From Elainellaceae cyanobacterium (GTDB taxonomy: Bacteria > Cyanobacteriota > Cyanobacteriia > CAZCXK01), in NCBI GenBank assembly GCA_051117555.1, contig JBNPEG010000103.1, positions 1-12,816 on the forward strand: 12,816 nt of DNA. The letters are read 5' to 3'. Every line of letters begins with the position of its first letter. The stretch's first letter is position 1. This document shows positions 1-7,324 of this stretch, in pieces. Made by a program: the position numbers and the translations under genes. Below the pieces are notes generated by a model, which was not told the origin of the DNA, did not search any database, and saw nothing but the letters and a program-made list of their open reading frames with translations.

Positions 1-58
1 TCGCCGCGTCCTTCAGGGTTGACTTGACCCTTTCATCCAGTGTCAGCCCAATCCGCAT
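1..58 (-). CDS. N-terminus of ISAzo13-family transposase (partial, runs off left edge)
   Basis: Minus-strand ATG at 58 with a GAGG RBS upstream. It reads MRIGLTLDERVKSTLKDAA, like the recalled N-termini of cyanobacterial ISAzo13 transposases (..VKxTxKDAAxKL..). Only 19 codons are visible and it is absent from the ORF track. Confidence 0.65.
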   Translation of the reverse strand, partial: MRIGLTLDERVKSTLKDAA

Positions 59-124
59 TGCCCAGCCTCTTGAATGTTCACTTGGCTTCCATGATAACTG
101 GTATCTTATTCATGAGCGAGTCCC
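1..124 (-). mobile_element. Left end of ISAzo13-like insertion sequence; candidate terminal inverted repeat ~98-124
   Basis: Transposase start at 58. Upstream on the minus strand is TA-GGGACTCGCTCATGAATAAGATACCAG, resembling the GGG...AATAA.TACC ends I recall for this family. The partner IR lies outside the window. Confidence 0.5.
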
Positions 125-162
125 TAACAACACCGGTTTAAGACTATCTATACTTTTGAAGC

Positions 163-2559
163 TCATTTGTGTTCAAGCATTTTGTAGAGGCTCAGACTAA
201 AAATTGCCGCCAGTCCCAGGGCTAATGCTGAGGGAACTAAAGGCACCCACCATCCTTGAACAAATAACAAAAGGCATACTCCCCACAGCGTCGTTAATCC
301 AACTAACAAACTGATGACTCGCAAATAGGGCGATCGCCACCATCCTACAAAGATTGCTCCCACCATTGCCCATCCTGCAATCCAAAGCATTTCTGCCCAC
401 TCTACCCACCCTGATAATAGAGGACGTTCTCCAAGAGCCGCACTGATGATCGTGCTGGCCATGTGAGCATGCACCACAACTCCAGGCATTCGGTCTGCTG
501 TCTCTCCTCTGCTGTAGGGTGTTAGATGAGTGTCGATTTGCGGATTAACAACTCCAATTAAAACAATGCGATCGCCCACCAGTTCGTTCAGTTGAGAATC
601 TAAGGAACCACTTAAGATTTCTCTTAAATGCACAATTTCTGGACGTTTGACACGGTAGTTGATCAATACTTGATAGCCTCCTACATCTTCTGAAAAAAGC
701 TGATAGCTCCCCGTTCTTTGCTGAAGTCGTTGAAAAATTTGATGGCCCAGCCGAATCTGCTGAGTGTCATCAGAAGGTGTTGTAACCCACTCCATTGACA
801 TATCCGCTTGCTTTTCTAAATAGTCTTGAGCGATGCGGAAGCTAAACGATTCTTCGGTTGGACAAATCTCATCCGGTGGCATTCCCAAAAATTGCCGACG
901 AATCACACCATCTGGATCAAGGGGAATGTTGCTGAATCCTAAATGATTGGTTGGAAAATTCGTCGTGGGTGGCGCAATTCCTGCAAGATTGCTGACGGTG
1001 TTTCTAGCTCGACAAATTGCAATTAAACCCTGATCAGCCAGTTGCGGCTGCAAATCTTGACGAAACGGAAAATCGTGAATGATATCTAATCCAACAACGC
1101 TGGGATGATGGGGCGAAATCTTTTGTAAGAGCTTGAGTAACGCATCATCCGATAACGATCCTTCCATCTCCATCCCTTGACTGCGCTGATACTGAATATC
1201 GTCTTCTGAGACAGCGACAATCAAAATTCGATCATCTGGAGCGTTTTGCCCTAGTCGAATACGAATGAAGTGGTCATAGGCTTTCAGTTCCCAGTTTTGT
1301 AAACCACCAAGCGATCGCACTCCGACGACCAAACTGGATACAAGCACGCTACTAAGCAGAGCCGTTCCATATTTTCTGAACGCCATGCGTCGAGAGTTTG
1401 TTTGACTGGATGCCGCAACAACTGAATCTGCGACAGGCGATAGTTGATTGGCTAACTGATGCTCTGGACTGACTAAATCAGACCACTCTAGGGACAATGC
1501 AGCAGGCTGCTGATAGACAATCGGCAACCAACTTGCACAGGGATAGTTTTTCTCCAATCCCTGCAACCGTTCCCGTGCTTCTCGCTCTGCCAGATGCAAC
1601 GGCTGACCTTGGGCAAAAGCTCTGAGAAAATACTTGAGGAACTGCTGGGCAATTGGGTCAGGGACTGCTTCTCGCATCACAATCATGTGGGGTAGCTGAA
1701 GGTCAGCTAAGTCGCGAGCCAACCCCAAGCCATCGCAGGAATTAAAGATAGCAAGCTGCAGTCCATTGGCGATCGCCCGTCGCATGCCGTATCTGACCTC
1801 ATCCATAGTTAAACAGGTGGTTGAGTTCAGCCGCAAAACTCCCTGCCCCTCTGGCTCTGTTTCACTATGTCCAGCAAAAAACAAAATATCCCAAGACTGC
1901 TCATATAAAGCATCGTTGAATTCGCGATGGGACGGTTCTACCAAAAACTCAATATGAGCTCCAGGGAGCTGGTTTAAGGACTGGCGATCGCTCTCTAAGT
2001 CAATATTTTGGCGATCGCCCAGCACGGCTAGGATATTCACCAGCTTTTGATCTGAAGCTGCTGCGTTACGTTCGTTCAAGCACGGATGCGATCGCATCCC
2101 GCTCAAGGCAATTTCCGCCTTAGGATACTGTTCAACGAAATCCCACAAATGCCATGGAAGCGCCTGAGCCTCGGCACTAGCCGTACGAATCAGCACTTGA
2201 ATCGCATCACTCGGCGTGAGTGCCTGCCGCAAGTGCAGATCTACATCCCGAAACGAGTCCGCCCGCAACCACTGCTGAAACTGCTGAACCAATTGCTGGG
2301 CAGAGTCTATACAGGCGTCTATCGGATTAATCGTGCCGTCGTATTTGATTTTGTAAGGTTTTAAGGCGCGAGTTGGTGTAGAAAGGCGGCGATAGTCGTG
2401 TTGCCATTGAGTGAGATGATTCGACAGAAGCATAGAAGGCGGAAGATAGCCATCAATGCTGGTGCCGGCAGCCACGTCGCTCTGCCCAACATGCAATGTG
2501 ACATAAGATCCTTGATGGTCGAGGTTGCCCTTCAGCTCTAAGACAGCACGTTTATTCAT
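163..2559 (-). CDS. Membrane CHAT (caspase/HetF-like peptidase) + CHASE2 sensor domain protein
   Basis: 798 aa. CHAT motifs: LPWHLWDF, LFFAGHS (His231), IFNSCDG (Cys275), MREAVPD, CASWLP. One TM (~aa 398-420), then CHASE2 motifs (WELKAYD, DDRILIVAVSEDDI, VVGLDI, DPDGVIRRQ, DRIVLIG, MPGVVVHAHM) and three C-terminal TM helices. Confidence 0.92.
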   Translation of the reverse strand: MNKRAVLELKGNLDHQGSYVTLHVGQSDVAAGTSIDGYLPPSMLLSNHLTQWQHDYRRLSTPTRALKPYKIKYDGTINPIDACIDSAQQLVQQFQQWLRADSFRDVDLHLRQALTPSDAIQVLIRTASAEAQALPWHLWDFVEQYPKAEIALSGMRSHPCLNERNAAASDQKLVNILAVLGDRQNIDLESDRQSLNQLPGAHIEFLVEPSHREFNDALYEQSWDILFFAGHSETEPEGQGVLRLNSTTCLTMDEVRYGMRRAIANGLQLAIFNSCDGLGLARDLADLQLPHMIVMREAVPDPIAQQFLKYFLRAFAQGQPLHLAEREARERLQGLEKNYPCASWLPIVYQQPAALSLEWSDLVSPEHQLANQLSPVADSVVAASSQTNSRRMAFRKYGTALLSSVLVSSLVVGVRSLGGLQNWELKAYDHFIRIRLGQNAPDDRILIVAVSEDDIQYQRSQGMEMEGSLSDDALLKLLQKISPHHPSVVGLDIIHDFPFRQDLQPQLADQGLIAICRARNTVSNLAGIAPPTTNFPTNHLGFSNIPLDPDGVIRRQFLGMPPDEICPTEESFSFRIAQDYLEKQADMSMEWVTTPSDDTQQIRLGHQIFQRLQQRTGSYQLFSEDVGGYQVLINYRVKRPEIVHLREILSGSLDSQLNELVGDRIVLIGVVNPQIDTHLTPYSRGETADRMPGVVVHAHMASTIISAALGERPLLSGWVEWAEMLWIAGWAMVGAIFVGWWRSPYLRVISLLVGLTTLWGVCLLLFVQGWWVPLVPSALALGLAAIFSLSLYKMLEHK

Positions 2560-2582
2560 GAGCTTGTGTTAACTCACCATAC

Positions 2583-3569
2583 CTACACCACAAATGATTC
2601 ATCCAGGGTCACATCTCCCAGCTTGATTTGCAACGAAAAGCGATCGCCCGGCACGGCATGAAACCCCAACTCAATCATCCGATTTTCATCTCGCGCTTGC
2701 GCTTGCATCACGGGTTCACCCACCGCATCCAAGACAGCCATTTCCAATCCTGTTGGCAAAAACACTTGCTGAGTTGGAGGTAATATTTTTAAGGCAATGT
2801 CCATTTCTGTGGTTGACTTAGGCATCAGTTCTGCAATCAGTAGAATCGTTTCAATCCCTTGATGAGTGGGTAGTTCTAAGAATTTGCCCCGAGTAATCCG
2901 CGACAATGCTGGCACAACCGATTCAGACTCAACCGATTCAGACTCAGCCGATCGAGTACTTCGCCATTGATAGTTTAATGAAGGTGTCACCAACAGCTCA
3001 TCAAGCGATCGCCAGCCTGCTTCAATCTGACCTTTCATCCAGTGGGTAAACTGGGTGACTGGATGAGGGACAGATTGAGGCTTACATTGATCAATATACA
3101 GAGGGAATTCTGCCATCGGACGAATCTGGCTCAATGCGAGTGTTTCATCTTCAACGTGATGGGTAAATCCAAGAATCAGAGCGTTTGACTGATCGGGCTC
3201 AATCTGCACCACCACATAGGCAAGGCGATCGCTCTGCACGTCAGTCGGAACATAGCATACTGATGTATCTTGCACTGATGGAGACATTGGACGACATTCA
3301 ATCCGTCCTCGTCCGATAACTTCCAAATCAGCAACATTCGTGGTCATCCGCATCAACGGATTCCAGCTATCACAATTCGATGGGTCAGCGGGAATGCCGA
3401 GAATTTTCAAATAGTTATTGACGGCACAAACGGCTAGCGTATTCAGGTGAACCTGCCGTGCTCGTGTTTCATCGGACTGCTGCTGGGCAAATTGACGGGC
3501 AATATATCTCGCCTCTTGCGTAATGAAGACGGGCACCGCTACCTCCTCTGCTCGGATTGGGTCAATCAT
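2583..3569 (-). CDS. DUF1822 family protein
   Basis: 328 aa with the family signatures ARQFAQQQ..RQVHLNTLAVCAVNNYL, DSWNP, ADLEV.G.GRIECRP, DRLAYVVV and a C-terminal beta domain (LPTGL..VLD..GE, GDRFSLQIKLGD..E.FVV). Gaps of 23-25 bp to both neighbours suggest an operon. Confidence 0.88.
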   Translation of the reverse strand: MIDPIRAEEVAVPVFITQEARYIARQFAQQQSDETRARQVHLNTLAVCAVNNYLKILGIPADPSNCDSWNPLMRMTTNVADLEVIGRGRIECRPMSPSVQDTSVCYVPTDVQSDRLAYVVVQIEPDQSNALILGFTHHVEDETLALSQIRPMAEFPLYIDQCKPQSVPHPVTQFTHWMKGQIEAGWRSLDELLVTPSLNYQWRSTRSAESESVESESVVPALSRITRGKFLELPTHQGIETILLIAELMPKSTTEMDIALKILPPTQQVFLPTGLEMAVLDAVGEPVMQAQARDENRMIELGFHAVPGDRFSLQIKLGDVTLDESFVV

Positions 3570-3594
3570 AATGGCTACCGTGTTGAATGAAGTC

Positions 3595-4251
3595 TTATTT
3601 TGGGTTTTCTTCTAAATATCCTTGGGCAATTCCAAACTCTCGCAGGAGGGGCAGACAATTGCGGTTGTAGAATTTGGGTAGGTCTTTCGCTTCTGCTGCA
3701 TTGAGGTCAAACTCATGGGCAATATCCTGCCAGGGGGTTTCAGATGGAAAGCGTTTGAGAAACAGCACTTGAGCGTTGATGTCTGGACGCTTGCGGAAAC
3801 ACGTTGTGCGAAGCTTATCGTCTGGATCATCACGTACCCAACTAAGGGTGGTGTACCAGATCTGCTCGGCTCGATCAATACCAGGATTGGAGGCTAGAGT
3901 GTTGAGGGGATTGAGCATAGTGCCATCCTCCGTTGGCACAGGGTTCACTATTCGATCCTGAGCGCGAATTTGGCGATCGCGCCATTTCTTCAGCGTCCAT
4001 TTTAAGCGGTTATCGATCCAAGTGGTGACAGCGCTGAGCGTCGGGTCATATTCGTCTAAATGGTGGCAGCAATACTCCCACGTTTCTTGAAGAGCGTCCC
4101 CATAATAGGGAGTGGTTTCGTTCCAGAGTTTCCTTGATCCCATGACTAATCGATAAATTTCCTGGATGCACTGCTGACGCTCCACGCTCCGGGAAGGATG
4201 GGTGCAGGCGTCGGCAACCAGTTGCTTCAAGGTGTCGTTTAATGCACTCAT
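3595..4251 (-). CDS. Cyanobacterial sigma-70-family (ECF-like) sigma factor
   Basis: 218 aa. LKQLV.DAC.HP..S.ERQ, YYGDALQETW, YDP....VTTWID..LKW (region 2-like) and C-terminal PWQDIAHEF...LPKFYNRNCLPLLREF (region 4-like HTH). This family is typically found upstream of DUF1822 genes. Confidence 0.8.
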   Translation of the reverse strand: MSALNDTLKQLVADACTHPSRSVERQQCIQEIYRLVMGSRKLWNETTPYYGDALQETWEYCCHHLDEYDPTLSAVTTWIDNRLKWTLKKWRDRQIRAQDRIVNPVPTEDGTMLNPLNTLASNPGIDRAEQIWYTTLSWVRDDPDDKLRTTCFRKRPDINAQVLFLKRFPSETPWQDIAHEFDLNAAEAKDLPKFYNRNCLPLLREFGIAQGYLEENPK

Positions 4252-4370
4252 AGTTTGATTGACCTAGGTGGCGGGGGCATTGAATGCCACATGTCGTCTC
4301 TGCGAGTGGAGTAATGGAATTAGCCGCTGCCTCCACCAGCATTAAACAGTTATATGGACGTGAAAAGACA

Positions 4371-4417
4371 TTTTCGCAAAATGACGCAAAAAACTTTCTT
4401 GACGAATTTTGCGAAAA
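4371..4417. promoter_or_regulatory. Perfect 12-bp inverted repeat in the divergent promoter region
   Basis: TTTTCGCAAAAT (4371-4382), 23-nt spacer, ATTTTGCGAAAA (4406-4417), between the sigma start (4251) and the secreted-protein start (4552). The regulatory role is inferred. Confidence 0.45.
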
Positions 4418-4551
4418 GTGGGTTCGCCATTCCTATAGCTCTATAGATTGGATGCGATGCTTCTGCAATCCGATGGAATAAAAGGTGTTGTGAAAGGATT
4501 GCTTTCATTCGAACTATTTGTCCTTTAGTCCATAAACTTAGAGAGATTCCA

Positions 4552-4902
4552 ATGAAAAAAAAGACACTAAGCTTAATTGTGGGTATGGCTACAACTGCTT
4601 CTTTAGGAATTTTCAGTTCCGCTTTTGCGGGTCCCGTTCCAAGTCCGCCATATGTCAATTTGGGCGGATTAGATCTGGCAGAGTATTGCAAAAGCACCTT
4701 CGGGAATAATTCACAGCCCGTCGTCGTGGAAGAAAATGCCTATGGTTGGCGATGCTTAGTTCCTCTTGGTGGTGGTCGTGTCTCCTATGAAGGAATGAAT
4801 CTCAATCGGGCTTGCCAAGTCCAATACAATGACCGACGTGCAGCATCTGGATATTTGGATTGGGATGATGTTTATTCTTGGATTTGTTGGAGAGGTGAAT
4901 AA
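4552..4902 (+). CDS. Small secreted protein with a duplicated two-Cys motif
   Basis: 116 aa. Sec signal peptide MKKKTLSLIVGMATTASLGIFSSAFA ending in A-F-A. The mature part has two related halves: LDLAEYCKSTF...NAYGWRC and MNLNRACQVQY...DVYSWIC. Confidence 0.85.
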   Translation: MKKKTLSLIVGMATTASLGIFSSAFAGPVPSPPYVNLGGLDLAEYCKSTFGNNSQPVVVEENAYGWRCLVPLGGGRVSYEGMNLNRACQVQYNDRRAASGYLDWDDVYSWICWRGE

Positions 4903-5025
4903 TCAAGTAATTGAGGCATAAGAGTCTCAGTAGATCGAAAAGCCTTGTCAAACCGGGGATGAGAACAAGAAAAGGGGTAAGGTCAGGCTAAGCAAAATTT
5001 CAAACCAGTGCCATGACCTTACGAT

Positions 5026-5109
5026 GTCTGCCTTCTGATTTCTCCCTTCTCCCTTCTGATTTCTCCCTTCTCCCTTCTGATTTCTCCCTTCTCCCCTCTC
5101 TCTTCTACC
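5026..5109 (+). repeat. STRR-type heptamer tandem repeat with 21-bp higher-order period
   Basis: (TTCTGAT TTCTCCC TTCTCCC)x3 at 5033-5095, flanked by degenerate heptamers, directly downstream of the cas6 stop. Confidence 0.9.
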
Positions 5110-5110
5110 T

Positions 5111-6316
5111 TTAATTCTCTTCTTCCCTCAGCGATCGCCTCGCCAGTTTGGAATAGGTTTTTACCGTTTCGTAAGGCATTTCTAAATCCGCAGCAATATC
5201 CTGTAGCGACTCGCCAAACTCCCGTCGCGCCAGGATAGTAGCATGGGTTTCTGCAATCGCCTGAGCGCGATCGCCCCCTTTTCGCTTGCGTTGAGCAATA
5301 AATCGATTCGTTAAGTCTTCGATGCGCTGGGCTAGTAGCTGAGCTGTTTGGGTTGCTGGGTCAAGGGCAAGCTCATCCGTTTTTTCTGGCGATGACCAGC
5401 CTAGTTGGGTTTGACCTAGACCAAACGTTGTTTTGTGACCCGTGCCGCAGTAGGGAGCAAGATGAACAAGCGTATAAGCCAGTTGAACAAATTCAGGGTG
5501 CTTTTGGGCGGATGCAGTCAAGCCAAACTCAATCGCTCCAGTGAAGCCGGTTACTGATCCTCGTTTACCTGCTGCTACTTTGAGCGATCGCAGGTGGTGT
5601 CGCTGAATGATGATATATTCATCGAGCCAGTCTAAGAACTCATCCTGGTCAACCGGGGTTTGACCGGATAAGTCGTTCCACCGCCGTAGGTAGCTATGAA
5701 AGATATTACGCGGAATTGGCAGTGGTAGATGACGCCCTTTGCTGCGAAAGCTGGTTGGTGAGAGAAAGCTCAGAGCAATGCTGAATTTGGTAGGCGGCTG
5801 CAATTTTGCCAGTTGCGCATAGGTCAGTGGCTCATTCGCAATTTCCACCTGAGCAATTTTAAGCGGAGCATCCCGCAGTTCCAAAACCTCTGGCATACTT
5901 TCCAACCATCGCTGGAGCCACTGTACAACAGGCTTTGAAAGAGCGGTCACTGTCCAACGATAGGTCTGATCCTGGGTCAATCTCAGGTGTTGACCACTGG
6001 GCACGAAAGCACCATCAAGCCCCGAAATCGTGAATGCTTTTTCGGAAGAATCATCATGAAGCTGTCGGGATAAAGCGGGGTCAGTCTGGCGAATTTGATC
6101 GAGAAACCAAGCGTGCAGGCCGATGCTGTATTGAGCGTAGAGGTCGCTATTTTGCAGAGCAACTAAATTAAATCTCAACCCAATCAGCTCGGTCTCATCG
6201 CTCCAGGTTGGCGTTGAACGAGATGAAGTGGAACGGTGTGTGCGGCGTCGAGAGCGCTGAGAGGTCGATTTTGACTTGGTTTGGGTGGTAGTTTTACGAG
6301 TTTTGGATACTGGCAT
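5111..6316 (-). CDS. cas6: CRISPR-associated endoribonuclease Cas6 with C-terminal HTH extension
   Basis: 401 aa. GLHAWFLDQ, LHD...KAFTIS, FLSPTSFR, PLPIPRNIFHSYLRRWN, GFTG and the Gly-rich loop YCGTGHKTTFGLG. The extra C-terminal ~85 aa ends in GESLQDIAADLEMPYETVKTY. Confidence 0.95.
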   Translation of the reverse strand: MPVSKTRKTTTQTKSKSTSQRSRRRTHRSTSSRSTPTWSDETELIGLRFNLVALQNSDLYAQYSIGLHAWFLDQIRQTDPALSRQLHDDSSEKAFTISGLDGAFVPSGQHLRLTQDQTYRWTVTALSKPVVQWLQRWLESMPEVLELRDAPLKIAQVEIANEPLTYAQLAKLQPPTKFSIALSFLSPTSFRSKGRHLPLPIPRNIFHSYLRRWNDLSGQTPVDQDEFLDWLDEYIIIQRHHLRSLKVAAGKRGSVTGFTGAIEFGLTASAQKHPEFVQLAYTLVHLAPYCGTGHKTTFGLGQTQLGWSSPEKTDELALDPATQTAQLLAQRIEDLTNRFIAQRKRKGGDRAQAIAETHATILARREFGESLQDIAADLEMPYETVKTYSKLARRSLREEEN

Positions 6317-6366
6317 GAGAGCGATTCTCGTTGTGAACTACGATGCGATCGCATGATTGAACCACA

Positions 6367-6403
6367 CCAATTTAACCATGAGTCCCCGTTTGGGGATAAA
6401 ATT
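6367..6403 (+). other. Solitary degenerate CRISPR-repeat-like hairpin upstream of cas6
   Basis: CCAATTTAACCATGAG-TCCCC-GTTT-GGGGA-TAAAATT resembles cyanobacterial 36-37 nt repeats ending TCCCCGNNNGGGGANNGAAAC. It is a single copy without the exact GAAAC end. Confidence 0.35.
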
Positions 6404-6519
6404 CCATAGTTTTTGTAACAATGATAAGGTAGGGCAGCTAGTGAAAATTGCATCCAATCGCTTGAAGACATCGTTAGGCACAAGTTTAGCCGTCCTTTTG
6501 GGATGTTACTTTGAGGCTC

Positions 6520-6855
6520 ATGCGCTTCCTCTCGACCTCAATCAACCTGAGGATGCAGACGTTCATTGAAAACACGAGGACGTTCATTGAAAACGTGAGG
6601 ACGTTCATTGAAAACACGAGGACGTTCATTGAAAACACGAGGACGTTCATTGAAAACGTGAGGACGTTCATTGAAAACGCGAGGACGTTCATTGAAAATG
6701 TTGCCACGTTCAAAGAAAACGTGAGGGCGTTTATTGAAAACGTCGTCGTGTTCAACGAAACGCTGCTATTTTTGCCGTGCATCTGCGTATCACTCGGTGC
6801 GATCGCACTCTTCTGCCTTGTAAGGGCTTTGCATGCAAAGCCCCTACTGCAATGA
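6520..6855 (+). CDS. Possible heptad-repeat (TFIENxR)n protein with hydrophobic C-terminus
   Basis: The frame stays open across the array, with an ATG at 6520 after GAGG. Several repeat variants are synonymous in this frame (TTC/TTT, AAC/AAT, GTG/GTT/GTC). It may be a by-product of the repeat. Confidence 0.3.
   Translation: MRFLSTSINLRMQTFIENTRTFIENVRTFIENTRTFIENTRTFIENVRTFIENARTFIENVATFKENVRAFIENVVVFNETLLFLPCICVSLGAIALFCLVRALHAKPLLQ
6559..6768 (+). repeat. 21-bp tandem repeat, ~10 units, consensus ACGTTCATTGAAAACRYGAGG
   Basis: Units start at 6559, 6580, 6601, 6622, 6643 and 6664 (near-identical), then 6685, 6706, 6727 and 6748 (progressively degenerate). There are no unique spacers. Confidence 0.95.
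6820..6847. repeat. GTAG-type REP-like palindrome
   Basis: GTAAGGGCTTTGCATGCAAAGCCCCTAC, 28 nt, 11 bp downstream of the stop of the 6859-7143 gene. Its ends match those of the element at 9045-9072. Confidence 0.75.
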
Positions 6856-6858
6856 TTA

Positions 6859-7143
6859 CTACTGCTCGCGCGATCGCCAGCGAATCAAATAACTCATCAC
6901 GTCACCCTCCTCTGGTGTAACTAAGATGCCTGTTTCAGGCACTGTGATCAACTGACTCCATAATCCTTGCTCCACATAGTTGAGCACGTGCAAACGGTTG
7001 ATCGTGTGCCGCACTCCTGCACGGGAACCGAGCAGAATATGACGCAAGGGTTCTCGGCTGGGTTGAGCAGACGGGGATGCAATCAATAGGGGCTCGGTCG
7101 CCTCACTGTGAGAGCGAGGCGAGGATAGATACGGTACTAACAT
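6859..7143 (-). CDS. Small conserved cyanobacterial hypothetical protein (94 aa)
   Basis: ATG at 7143 with GGAGG 8 nt upstream, a better start than 7293 in the track. The motif REPLRHILLGS..GV..TI..LHVLNY.E...WS....GDVMSYLIR matches an uncharacterised cyanobacterial family that I recognise from memory. Confidence 0.8.
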   Translation of the reverse strand: MLVPYLSSPRSHSEATEPLLIASPSAQPSREPLRHILLGSRAGVRHTINRLHVLNYVEQGLWSQLITVPETGILVTPEEGDVMSYLIRWRSREQ

Positions 7144-7231
7144 GAGGGATTCCTCCAACGTAATGGGGTAGGAATCCCAAAAATTTAGCCACCCCAGACA
7201 TGGTGCAGTGCGGGGCGGCCTCAGGTAACAT
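7103..7231 (-). CDS. Candidate 42-aa upstream/leader ORF overlapping the start of the 94-aa gene
   Basis: GGAGG-8nt-ATG(7231), reading MLPEAAPHCTMSGVAKFLGFLPHYVGGIPHVSTVSILASLSQ-stop (TGA 7105-7103). It runs through the RBS hairpin of the downstream gene in a different frame. Confidence 0.45.
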   Translation of the reverse strand: MLPEAAPHCTMSGVAKFLGFLPHYVGGIPHVSTVSILASLSQ

Positions 7232-7237
7232 AGGCAC

Positions 7238-7324
7238 ATCCTCCGCGACAGGGTTCGTCTGTCGTGGGGGTCAGGTATCGGGAGTTGGTGCAAACAGCTC
7301 TCGGTACCGCCTGACTAAATTTTT
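7238..7324 (+). ncRNA. Candidate cis-antisense small RNA (~87 nt, two hairpins plus U-tail)
   Basis: Hairpin 7240-7270 (12 bp, 2 G-U) and hairpin 7274-7308 (14 bp, 3 G-U) pair fully only as + strand RNA. They are followed by TAAATTTTT and preceded by a -10-like TAACAT at 7226-7231. The ends are inferred. Confidence 0.55.

Noticed and set aside
2916..2950. 15-bp duplication AACCGATTCAGACTC inside the DUF1822 gene
   Set aside because: An in-frame micro-duplication (ESESV x2) in a likely interdomain linker, with no sign of separate function.
6404..6440. Putative spacer after the lone repeat targeting the WYL start region (TTATCATTG, 10300-10308)
   Set aside because: Only a 9-nt AT-rich match, which is expected by chance in a window this size.
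6482..6509. Second degenerate CRISPR repeat (GTCCTTTTGGGATG)
   Set aside because: The stem is weak and lies ~80 nt from the first copy, too far and too divergent for a mini-array.
6559..6768. 21-bp array as a CRISPR array
   Set aside because: Units are head-to-tail with no 30-40 nt unique spacers, despite the GTT...ATTGAAAAC look and the position next to cas6.
6486..6782. Minus-strand (VLVFSMN)n ORF and ORFs 7403-7651 / 7440-7631
   Set aside because: These frames are open only because tandem repeats lack stop codons. They show no family similarity.
7201..7292. P1 C4-type antisense system based on the two TGGTGCA boxes
   Set aside because: I found no complementary box upstream on the same transcript. 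A cis-antisense RNA explains the structure better.
7144..7293. 50-aa N-terminal extension of the 6859-7293 ORF
   Set aside because: It overlaps the structured leader, and ATG 7143 has a well-spaced GGAGG.
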